A stretch of DNA of 64,000 nucleotides from a virus: the IMG/VR virus record IMGVR_UViG_3300027963_000048, positions 1 to 64,000 of that record. The stretch is one strand, 5' to 3'. Positions 37,431 to 46,145 of the stretch are shown piece after piece. Positions within the stretch are counted from its first letter, which is position 1, and each line of letters begins with the position of its first letter. A model generated the notes under the pieces. The model had not been told where the DNA came from, did not search any database, and saw only the letters and a list, made by a program, of their open reading frames with translations. The position numbers were made by a program, and so were the translations under genes.

Positions 37431-38304
37431 CACACACCGTCATCTAGGCGGTAGCGTCCCGGAATCGTTTTTTGATGCTATCGATCTCAAGCGGCTGTTC
37501 CACGATGAGTACCGGTACGGCGTTGATGCTAAATGCACATTTGATTATTTCTTTAGTCGATTTAACTGCTTAGACCTGATTAATTGGACTGAGGAAAAGG
37601 TCGAACTGCTCTTGGATCACGTGACTGAGCGAATTAATGCCGAAGGCTACAGGACCATTTTAAGTTTCAGCGTCGATAAGTATTTGGCGGTTTACCATAA
37701 TTATACAGACGCTGTTTTTCATATTGCAGATTCTATACTAGATAAATCACAGAATATTAAACTGCTCCTTGGTGTTAAGTATGAGTCTGTGGAGAGAGAT
37801 TATACCAAGCTAATACGGGCTTTAAGTTCATCGAGAGTCACCGATGTCATCAGTGGAATCGATTTCATCAGCGACGAACGAAGACTTCAAAAGCCTTTAG
37901 TCGTTGACTTGCTCAAAGCCATGAAAGGGAAGTATCGTAGAGCTCATGTGGCAGAAAGGCAGCCAAATATAGTCGGCATTCAATTACTAAAAGATGGCTT
38001 GATTGACGGATTGGCGCACGGTATTTATTTAAATCAATTTAAAGAATTCTATCAACTGGTTGAGGATAATGGTATTTTCATCGATATGGCCATTACTAGT
38101 AACCTAGCTACCGGCACCATCTCCGATGTCTCACAACATCCTGTCCACGACTTTATGAAACACAAGTGCCGACTTACCTTAGGCACAGATGACCCTGAGA
38201 TCTTTGGGACTAACTTGGATACAGAGTATGGTTACATCGAATGTTATGACTGGCATGATAGGATTATAACGAATAGTGCTACTTTATGGAGCCAGTACAG
38301 TTAA
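37414..38304 (+). CDS. adenosine/AMP deaminase family metallo-amidohydrolase
   Basis: DTHRHLGGS (HxH), RAHVAE, LAHG, ITSN, LGTDDP. Confidence 0.85.
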   Translation: MKKRIDTHRHLGGSVPESFFDAIDLKRLFHDEYRYGVDAKCTFDYFFSRFNCLDLINWTEEKVELLLDHVTERINAEGYRTILSFSVDKYLAVYHNYTDAVFHIADSILDKSQNIKLLLGVKYESVERDYTKLIRALSSSRVTDVISGIDFISDERRLQKPLVVDLLKAMKGKYRRAHVAERQPNIVGIQLLKDGLIDGLAHGIYLNQFKEFYQLVEDNGIFIDMAITSNLATGTISDVSQHPVHDFMKHKCRLTLGTDDPEIFGTNLDTEYGYIECYDWHDRIITNSATLWSQYS

Positions 38305-38327
38305 ATATACAGTAATAGGAGATAGTA

Positions 38328-39044
38328 ATGGCTACATTTCGTAAAAAGCTGGACCGCGTTGTTTCATCTCAGGCTAGGATTTTGTCTGAGAGCTACGAAT
38401 TCACGCTGCCTGTTATCAACCATGCGGCTAGCTTCGCTTCAGCCATTGAGCTACAATCTACGCTGGTCGAAGGGGCCTTGCTCAATATTACCAGATTCGG
38501 CAGCCAAGCATTATCTGTGCCTTCTGGTCAGTATTTGATTTGGACCAGCGATAAGGATAACACACAATTGATTAGGTCGGAGGATATCAGTAGGTATCCT
38601 GAGGCTTTCGATCGGCCTGCCGACACGTTCGAGATCCGGACCAAGGACCTCATTAATAATTATCATAGCGTAGAAAAAGTGTTGGCTGAAGGCGACGATT
38701 CAGGTGAGGATTATACTAGCAAGACTAGGAAAGCCGATCGCACAGCGCTGCATGCTGCTAAACAGAACAGTGGCATGTCAGAGGAAGAACTAGGCGATGC
38801 TTGCGGGGTCCATCGATCTACCATAAGCCGACTGATGCGCAGACCACGCGAGACTAAGGGATCTGCAGATCCGGGTGGTCGTAATCCTAGCATCCAGGTA
38901 GCAGCTAAGCTCGCAAGCGTACTTCAGACAGGAGTGGAAAGCTTGTTTCCTGATCTGCTAACCCGCAAGCCCAAGACCAGAGGAGCTAACCGAAAAAGCG
39001 GCAAGACCAAGGGTCTAGGTAAAAAGAAGCGTAATAGCAAATAA
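38328..39044 (+). CDS. XRE/Cro-like HTH protein with N-terminal extension and basic tail
   Basis: GMSEEELGDACGVHRSTISRL...RNPSIQVAAKLASVLQTGVESLF; AGGAG RBS. Confidence 0.8.
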   Translation: MATFRKKLDRVVSSQARILSESYEFTLPVINHAASFASAIELQSTLVEGALLNITRFGSQALSVPSGQYLIWTSDKDNTQLIRSEDISRYPEAFDRPADTFEIRTKDLINNYHSVEKVLAEGDDSGEDYTSKTRKADRTALHAAKQNSGMSEEELGDACGVHRSTISRLMRRPRETKGSADPGGRNPSIQVAAKLASVLQTGVESLFPDLLTRKPKTRGANRKSGKTKGLGKKKRNSK

Positions 39045-39940
39045 TGGCCGCATTAGAATACCCAAGATGGAAATTCAGGTACGCTAGGTATAAGACAGAT
39101 CCTAGGCCAGATATTCTATTGCTTGGTAGTTATAAGAATCCTGGGACTGGTAACACTTTAGTCGGCGGCGTTAATCTTAATTATTGCACAGATAAAGAGA
39201 TAAATCAAATTCGATCCGCCTTAGATAAATTCGCAGCCGGTAAGTCGCTCTATCAGCGATATCACATCGGTAGGCAATTGTTCCCTAGCGTTTTCACTAA
39301 CAAATACAGAACATATAAAGCTAGCGAGATTAAGGGGTTAGAGAAAGATGTAATTTATCCCACGATGGGTGTTTTGCAACGTATTGGGCAATTCGCAAAA
39401 TCACTGTTTAACAAGGCACTCGGTCGCACGCCTAGAAAACAAGAGATAGAAGATTTAGATAACATCGATCCTGAATCATATCAGGAGATGAAGAAAACAG
39501 TGCAGACACCGCAAGAATTCGATGATAAATTAGACGTAGCGATCAAAGATATCGACTCCGATTCTCAGGTACCGGTCCCTGAAGTAGAAAAGGCTCAAGA
39601 AGAGCAGCAAGCTGCTACTGACGCACGCTTAACCAGCCAAATGTCGATGCAGCAAGAGACACCACCTGAAGCAGATGAACTGTCGAAGCCGGACACCGAA
39701 CTGGACGTGATGCAAGCGCCCGAGACAGTAGAATTGGCGGAACCGACACCAGAATTACAGGATCCTGTGCCATTTGAAGAACCCGAAGAAATTGAAGCAA
39801 CAGATACGCCTGAGCAAGATCTTGATGAAGTTAGCGAGGAGAAACCGGTACAGCCGGTAATAAATCAAAAGATCGATCAAGCATTGGCGCGTACCGGCAA
39901 TAAGCCAGGCGAAAAGGATCTTGGCATGCCTGGTGCCTGA
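39044..39940 (+). CDS. possible DNA end protector (T4 gp2-like) with acidic C-terminal tail
   Basis: FRY..YKTDPRPDILLLG...LVGGVNLNY...YRTY resembles gp2 D.FPL...GLNLHY. Confidence 0.5.
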   Translation: MAALEYPRWKFRYARYKTDPRPDILLLGSYKNPGTGNTLVGGVNLNYCTDKEINQIRSALDKFAAGKSLYQRYHIGRQLFPSVFTNKYRTYKASEIKGLEKDVIYPTMGVLQRIGQFAKSLFNKALGRTPRKQEIEDLDNIDPESYQEMKKTVQTPQEFDDKLDVAIKDIDSDSQVPVPEVEKAQEEQQAATDARLTSQMSMQQETPPEADELSKPDTELDVMQAPETVELAEPTPELQDPVPFEEPEEIEATDTPEQDLDEVSEEKPVQPVINQKIDQALARTGNKPGEKDLGMPGA

Positions 39941-40740
39941 ACCTGTTGAGCCTCCGCAAGCAACTCGGCCATTTTCTCTTGCGTGATTTTCGTCTTGAAA
40001 TGATCTAACACATCATCGTAAGGTAGCCCCAATTCGATACGGCCGACGATATAATTAAATATTCTGTCTTCTAGTACTAAGCGAAATGGAATGCCTTTTG
40101 GTCTGTTAAAGCGATGTAGCCATTTCAGAAATGGTAAACAGATGTTTTTACCGCCTTTCTGTCTCGTTTTCTCTTGGATATAACCCTCTTCACCGCCAAA
40201 TCCTCGAAAATTGTAGTTAAAGCCGGGCCAAGATTTAGTTCGCATCAGGAGCAAACCACAACCTTGCATAGGTATTTCGAATGGATCGCCGCTAGCGTGC
40301 TGCGGGTTTGTGCCCCAAGTACCGAACATATCACCTGACCAAACGGGATCGAAATGGGTACTTACGTTGATCATATCATCGTAGACGAGAGGACCTTGGT
40401 ACAGATCATTCGAATTCCAATTATCAAGCAGGAACTTGGATAGTTTCTTTATAGAATCTGAAGGGAGAAGCACATGACAATCGATGCACATGGTAAATGG
40501 CGTGGTACTATGCTCGAAGACCTTCTGCTTTCCATATGCTGGCCCGATCCCATGTGGCTCGTGGTAATAGGCGGCTTGAGCTGATGTACACAGGTCTCGT
40601 AAGGCATGCTGTCCGCTAGGTTGGGTGTCGATCACGATGATTTTGAAGGCATTGCCGTGATACATCCTAAGCGCTTGTACAGTGAAATAAGCGCCATCGT
40701 AATCATCATAAACTGGCAAGCCTATTGTTAGCACGTCCAT
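39877..40740 (-). CDS. glycosyltransferase, GT2
   Basis: LTIGLPVYDD, IIVID, MCIDCHV, FRGFGGEEGY, WLHRF. Confidence 0.85.
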   Translation of the reverse strand: MDVLTIGLPVYDDYDGAYFTVQALRMYHGNAFKIIVIDTQPSGQHALRDLCTSAQAAYYHEPHGIGPAYGKQKVFEHSTTPFTMCIDCHVLLPSDSIKKLSKFLLDNWNSNDLYQGPLVYDDMINVSTHFDPVWSGDMFGTWGTNPQHASGDPFEIPMQGCGLLLMRTKSWPGFNYNFRGFGGEEGYIQEKTRQKGGKNICLPFLKWLHRFNRPKGIPFRLVLEDRIFNYIVGRIELGLPYDDVLDHFKTKITQEKMAELLAEAQQVQAPGMPRSFSPGLLPVRANA

Positions 40741-40770
40741 ATTTTATCGTACGTTCGCTAGGCTCGATGG

Positions 40771-41187
40771 TTACAATACACCTTGCCTTTTAGCTATCTT
40801 CGCTAAAACCGTCAGAAACTGTGGCATTATTTCTATAACATCTGGGTTTGCATCAAGCCATTCTTGCCCCAACTGAGTAGCTAAGGCTTCAACAGATGTG
40901 ATATTGCGCAGAATGTTATTGGTCTTTATCGTAGATAATTCAGTAGCGTTGCCTTTTATCCAGAAGCTTTCTGAGCTGAAATTCGATCCATCATCAGATA
41001 GGATGTTGCACCCGAGTAGGAACCATTGGTCGTAGGTTGCACCAGGCACAGGTGGGACCACCGTAGGGTCGGTCGCTGGAACTTCTGGAAATACTGGCTC
41101 AGGGATGCTTGGAGCAATCGTGGTGGTGGTGACATCAGGTGTTACAGGCGCTTCCGTGGTAGTCGTTGTGATATCTGGATCAGGCAT
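40771..41187 (-). CDS. hypothetical protein with Thr/Pro-rich N-terminus
   Basis: MPDPDITTTTTEAPVTPDVTTTTIAP; AAGGAG RBS. Confidence 0.7.
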   Translation of the reverse strand: MPDPDITTTTTEAPVTPDVTTTTIAPSIPEPVFPEVPATDPTVVPPVPGATYDQWFLLGCNILSDDGSNFSSESFWIKGNATELSTIKTNNILRNITSVEALATQLGQEWLDANPDVIEIMPQFLTVLAKIAKRQGVL

Positions 41188-41239
41188 CGCATCTCTCCTT
41201 AAGTGTTAAGGTATCTTCACTAGGCATCAATCAATTATC

Positions 41240-41259
41240 TATCTTTTAATTAAAAGATA
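41240..41259. promoter_or_regulatory. perfect 20-bp palindrome in a divergent intergenic region
   Basis: tatcttttaattaaaagata equals its own reverse complement. Confidence 0.5.
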
Positions 41260-41282
41260 CTTTTATTGAACGTCTGATTAAG

Positions 41283-41564
41283 ATGGAGCCGACCATGTCT
41301 ACACCAATGCAAGCATTGCAGACTATCTTGGAAGAACTAGACACGCAAGAATTGTTTCTATCTGATTTCGAAGATACATTGGGCGAGGTAGTAGATAATC
41401 TTATAAAGTCTGCAGCAGCTGCTACACCGGAAGTCAAGTCTACTATAGAAGCCGTGATTAACTCACTTGAACAAATGGCAAGTCCGGAACATGATGTGAA
41501 AGACACGCTGTTACAGCTAAGTGACATTTTTAGGAAATGTGCAATCGATGCGTCCGCCAGTTAA
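41283..41564 (+). CDS. hypothetical acidic helical protein
   Basis: 93-aa ORF; start may be the ATG after GGAG near 41295. Confidence 0.6.
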   Translation: MEPTMSTPMQALQTILEELDTQELFLSDFEDTLGEVVDNLIKSAAAATPEVKSTIEAVINSLEQMASPEHDVKDTLLQLSDIFRKCAIDASAS

Positions 41565-43197
41565 CAAATTCGGTAAAGATCTCTTGCAATGGGCCCTAAA
41601 AAATAAGCATATATCGCAATCAGAACAAGCTTATATTCTAGGGATTTCTCTAGAAGCCTATAGACGTAGGATTAGGACAGCAGGCAAGCCGAAAGGGGTA
41701 TCGAATTTTAAACCAACGGGTAACCCGCTACCATGTATCCCACCAGATGGCCATTACAGTGACCCTGTCTGGTTACGTGACGCCTACGCCAAGCACTCCG
41801 TGCGAGATCTTGCCAGGCACTTCGGCATATCAAGTAAGAGGATAACAGATTACTTAACAAAATTCCGAATATCGAAACCAGTTGTACCGGTTAGCCCCTA
41901 TAATAACAGACAATGGTTATTTTTTTATTATTGGGTAAAGAGATTAAACGTAGCTCGCTTAGCCAAGAGAGCTGGAGTAGCATATGGTACCATTATGAAT
42001 TGGCTAACGAAGCATAGAGTGCCTATCCGACACATAGGGATCAGCAAACACCAGAGATTTCACGAGCATTATGTCTCGACCTTCAGGCAAATCCGCAACT
42101 GTCAGTGGCTGTCGGTAATTTGGCATGACCAAAAGTTCATCATGCTTTACGCTAATTTGAGGAAACGGTATTTTATAACATTGCATTTCGTAAACAAGGT
42201 CACAGATGGTCTGCAGATCACGCTATGGCAAAAACCAGCTATAACCGACTGGGATCGAATCTTTGTCTCGTGCAAAGAAGGCGATCTAACGCAAGAGCAG
42301 GCTAATCCCGCATATCTTAAAGCCACGATGGATTTCTCAGCCCATCCCTTGCATAGGATAGCGGTCCGAATGCAATTCTTTGACATGTTCAAAGCACAAA
42401 ACGGAAGATTCGATTTCGATAAATCTGATCTACTAGCCGATTTACAACAATGCTATGATACTAAACGCTCATTGATCACCAGAAATGGGAAATGGTTTTT
42501 CCATAGCATGCAGGGTAACAAGAAACAGAAGGGTAGACGCATTGCTTTCCATTGTTGGGGTTTATCTGAATATGTTAATAAATGGTATAGCATGCCGAAG
42601 TTTTTGCGCTGGGCTCCGCATCGTTATTTCGATAAAATTCAAAATCCCACCACTTTCGATATGCTAAATCAGGTATGTCAACACCGACGAAATAGCAGAC
42701 ACCCGGATCTACTTCCAGAGCCGTCCCTTTTAAGATTCATTTTAGAAGAGATAAAACCGGAGACCATGGTAGATCTTTGGCCTAATAAAGGCTTAAATGC
42801 TATCTCAGCACATATGGCTAATGTGCACTATCATAGCAGAGTGATAAGCGATGACAATATAAAACGTTTAAAATCCATCGGTATCTACGCCTACAGAGAG
42901 GATCCGTATCGCAAGTATGACCTTCTGGTTTGCCTGTCTAAGACATATAAAGTGAAGCCTTGGATGTTAGAGGGATTCTTCAGTAAGGCAGATAGGATTT
43001 TAATATATGCTAGTGCTTGGCATATTGGTGACACTATTAATTTGTACAAGCCTGAGCGTGTCTTCTCGTTAATCAATAGGTTCAAATCTAGAAAACCTCC
43101 GTATTATTTGCTATTGTTGAAAAAGGATGAGACGATGGCCTCGATTAGAGGCGCATCAGAGACATGGCCCAGTGAATTCCCACCCCGGCAAAGCTAA
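41548..43197 (+). CDS. multi-HTH protein with degenerate methyltransferase-like C-terminus
   Basis: Two Y.D..WL...Y....S...LA...G.S..TI..WL.K..I-type HTH repeats; PEPSLLRFILEEIKPETMVDLWPNKG resembles a decayed SAM-binding motif. Confidence 0.55.
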   Translation: MRPPVNKFGKDLLQWALKNKHISQSEQAYILGISLEAYRRRIRTAGKPKGVSNFKPTGNPLPCIPPDGHYSDPVWLRDAYAKHSVRDLARHFGISSKRITDYLTKFRISKPVVPVSPYNNRQWLFFYYWVKRLNVARLAKRAGVAYGTIMNWLTKHRVPIRHIGISKHQRFHEHYVSTFRQIRNCQWLSVIWHDQKFIMLYANLRKRYFITLHFVNKVTDGLQITLWQKPAITDWDRIFVSCKEGDLTQEQANPAYLKATMDFSAHPLHRIAVRMQFFDMFKAQNGRFDFDKSDLLADLQQCYDTKRSLITRNGKWFFHSMQGNKKQKGRRIAFHCWGLSEYVNKWYSMPKFLRWAPHRYFDKIQNPTTFDMLNQVCQHRRNSRHPDLLPEPSLLRFILEEIKPETMVDLWPNKGLNAISAHMANVHYHSRVISDDNIKRLKSIGIYAYREDPYRKYDLLVCLSKTYKVKPWMLEGFFSKADRILIYASAWHIGDTINLYKPERVFSLINRFKSRKPPYYLLLLKKDETMASIRGASETWPSEFPPRQS

Positions 43198-43213
43198 AGA
43201 GAAGGAGATTATA

Positions 43214-45835
43214 ATGGCCACAGCTTATACTCGGATTCCTCCCTACACACAACTTACGGATGCGTCGACTGTAGCAATATCAGGCCCAGATGGTCTGGCT
43301 ACTGATTACCTATTCGACGCTCAAAGCCGAGCGCTGTGGTTCAAGGATGCGCAAGCGGCTACGTTTCTACACGGCACGACGCACATCAGCGAAGACCCGA
43401 TCCCTGGAGCAACGTGCGACACGCCAGGGTTACTGTCAGCTAACGACAAATGTAAGCTCGATGCGTTGTTGCAGACCAGAATCGGCGTACTAGGTTTTCA
43501 AGGTGCCGGATTCCCAGACGATGGCGGTTGGCTCCAAGGCGATATCATTTTGGCTGCAGGCACGGAATTTATCAGCCTCGAACGTATCGGCAACGTTGTC
43601 CGCTTTACTGTCGATAGCCCAGTCCCGCTTACATGCTCATGCGAATCATGTAACCAGATTTTCTGGGTGCAAGATGATACAGACACCGCAAGTGTCCGCC
43701 CTCCCGTTTGCTCAGGCAAATTGCCTGGTGTTAACTCCTATGGCGAGTTAAAGGTCTACGTCTTTCCGCAGAGCACGATAGTTGATCCAAATAACCCGTC
43801 GGCCAAGTTAAATCTAAAAGGCAATTATCCATCATTGATCTTTAAACGCTATGATGATACATTATCACCTGGGTCGGCTGAATTCGAATTGACCCTTAAG
43901 CGCAGCTCATTAAATAAGCTCGTAATGGAGACTGGGTGGGCTTTCACCCCCGGAGCGGTAGGTGGAGTAGCCGAATGCATCTGGTTTACTGGCTTGGATG
44001 CCGACGGCAAGCAAACCAGCTTCCAATTTAAACCAGATTCTGACTCTAATGCCCTCGGCATGCTGTTGTACAAAGGCAATCTAATTACAAAGAAGATGGG
44101 AGTGGTTACAGGATATGATTCATCAATCCTGACCAGTAACATCTATCAATGGCGCCAATGGGATATCCTAAATCAAAAACCCATTGGCGATTCTTATACA
44201 GCCACTAACGTTTGGATGTACAAAAATCCCGGCAGCGTCAGCACTGGTACCAGCGCTCAGGCGTTGATGCTTGACTATACAATCGATATCTTGCCAATTG
44301 GAACGTTAACCGATATCTGGGCATTTCAAGTCGGTGAAGTGAACGGCGTGGTTAACTACCGATATTTCTTTAATCAACGGCCAAGTATTAACCCGAATCA
44401 AATCTGGTCCACGATCGACCACGTAAGCTTCGGCGACACCGTCGTAGCACGTGACATCCAAAATGAAATAGCACACAGTGTCGATGGCTTTCCGATGACG
44501 ACTGACGTTCAGCCTGCTACCATTTACGATGACGGTCGTAACATAGAATTGAGCCGCTGGGGTATAACCAATTACGACGTACCAATCATCCCAATCACCG
44601 CAAATGGAGTAACTGGAACCGGACCTGTGCAGGCTAGCGACCTCAACGGCGCTTACATCGACACGACAAGACCAGCATTATTGGTTTATCCAAACGCGCA
44701 CACGTCAGCTGGCACAGCGCCTTTCGGAAACTACCAGCAGCCCACTATGATTTGGAGTCGGTCAAGCCTTAAAGATGGTTTGATACGTATCAGAATGGGG
44801 CGGCCAGGGTCTCCTGGGACCATTGGTGGTTTGAGTTCATACTTTGGCCCGGTCATAGGCAGAAACTACTTCGACGTGCTATTGAAGGCTAAGATTGATG
44901 AAGAGATGGAAGCTTATGGCCAGGTCGAAGCCATTGGTACTTTCGATGGATATCCGTTCATCCAAATATCTGGTGTTGCGTTCCACGATATTCCCAAGTT
45001 CGGAACTATAGAAATAATCAGCACCAGCTCTGCGACGGCTGGTAAGACTTTCCAATTTAACCGCAAGACGATCTTTGCAGGTGGGACTGGAACTGGCACC
45101 GTCAAGGATCTGGTCATGGGTACCGTACTGCTGAACACGTACACCGGCGCTGAACCATACGTTGGTCAAGCGGGTGACATCGTCAGATTCATCCAACAGG
45201 ATTACTCAAATCCAGTCGCAAGGACCATCTGGAATTATCAAGTCGTCGATGGGCAACCGATCACCACTTTGCAATTTACAGTCGGTATGCTTGATATGAC
45301 CAAACCTTACAATTATAACACTTACCCTGTAGAGGCAACGGAACCCCAAGCTAGTGACATTATCAGGGGCCTGAATGATACAGGCACTTACGGTGGTCCG
45401 ATCAGTAGTGCGATCTACCAGCAGAATGGCTTGTACTTTGGTACTGGCACCAAACCACCAAGCAGCGTAAGCTCATTCTTCATCGTTGAAGGCGGTAGTT
45501 TTGGAAGTAGCGATGGTAAAGAGTATTGGAACGAACTGACGATTATGGTTAAAAGTGAGCAAGTCTGGATTTGGTGGAACGACCTCTTAATCCCACCAAA
45601 TGCTAATGAGACTAACGCTCAACAAAATCCACCTACGTTCCAAATCACTCAGCCATACTATCTGATGAAAGACTTCAGTGCTCTCACGAGTGCAAGCCCT
45701 GCTTATTATCAAAAGGAAATGGAAGGTAAATACGGTATTCGATGCTTCCCCGGAGCCGTGATTAGGGATATCGATATCAAGGGACAAGTGCAATTGTTCA
45801 ACGAATACATCTACGGAAATCTAAATCTTGGCTAA
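43214..45835 (+). CDS. virion structural protein (tail fibre/baseplate-associated)
   Basis: ATCDTPGLLSANDKCKLD tail-fibre-type motif; G/T/S-rich beta composition; AAGGAG RBS. Confidence 0.6.
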   Translation: MATAYTRIPPYTQLTDASTVAISGPDGLATDYLFDAQSRALWFKDAQAATFLHGTTHISEDPIPGATCDTPGLLSANDKCKLDALLQTRIGVLGFQGAGFPDDGGWLQGDIILAAGTEFISLERIGNVVRFTVDSPVPLTCSCESCNQIFWVQDDTDTASVRPPVCSGKLPGVNSYGELKVYVFPQSTIVDPNNPSAKLNLKGNYPSLIFKRYDDTLSPGSAEFELTLKRSSLNKLVMETGWAFTPGAVGGVAECIWFTGLDADGKQTSFQFKPDSDSNALGMLLYKGNLITKKMGVVTGYDSSILTSNIYQWRQWDILNQKPIGDSYTATNVWMYKNPGSVSTGTSAQALMLDYTIDILPIGTLTDIWAFQVGEVNGVVNYRYFFNQRPSINPNQIWSTIDHVSFGDTVVARDIQNEIAHSVDGFPMTTDVQPATIYDDGRNIELSRWGITNYDVPIIPITANGVTGTGPVQASDLNGAYIDTTRPALLVYPNAHTSAGTAPFGNYQQPTMIWSRSSLKDGLIRIRMGRPGSPGTIGGLSSYFGPVIGRNYFDVLLKAKIDEEMEAYGQVEAIGTFDGYPFIQISGVAFHDIPKFGTIEIISTSSATAGKTFQFNRKTIFAGGTGTGTVKDLVMGTVLLNTYTGAEPYVGQAGDIVRFIQQDYSNPVARTIWNYQVVDGQPITTLQFTVGMLDMTKPYNYNTYPVEATEPQASDIIRGLNDTGTYGGPISSAIYQQNGLYFGTGTKPPSSVSSFFIVEGGSFGSSDGKEYWNELTIMVKSEQVWIWWNDLLIPPNANETNAQQNPPTFQITQPYYLMKDFSALTSASPAYYQKEMEGKYGIRCFPGAVIRDIDIKGQVQLFNEYIYGNLNLG

Positions 45836-46145
45836 GTTTACTCGGAGATTGGCGGTTAGCAGAGGCACGCACAAGGTCTCTGCTACCGAAGAAAACATCA
45901 AGGTCAAAATAAGACGAGCACTACTAACTGACCCTTTAGAACATGAACCCGTAAGTCCCTTCTCGAAAGGCCTGAAAGGCCATCAATTCATCGGTGAATT
46001 TAGTTTCAATGGAGTGCCCGCTCACGGGTTCGTGTTAAGGATATACGAACAGGGCCGGATGATCTTTAAGAGGGTCGTGCCACCTTCAGGCATTATTGGC
46101 GCTTTACCGTTAAAATCTAACCATTCCTATGTCATTACCCTCTAA
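45828..46145 (+). CDS. hypothetical basic protein
   Basis: 105-aa ORF with TTG start overlapping the upstream gene end. Confidence 0.55.
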   Translation: MAKFTRRLAVSRGTHKVSATEENIKVKIRRALLTDPLEHEPVSPFSKGLKGHQFIGEFSFNGVPAHGFVLRIYEQGRMIFKRVVPPSGIIGALPLKSNHSYVITL

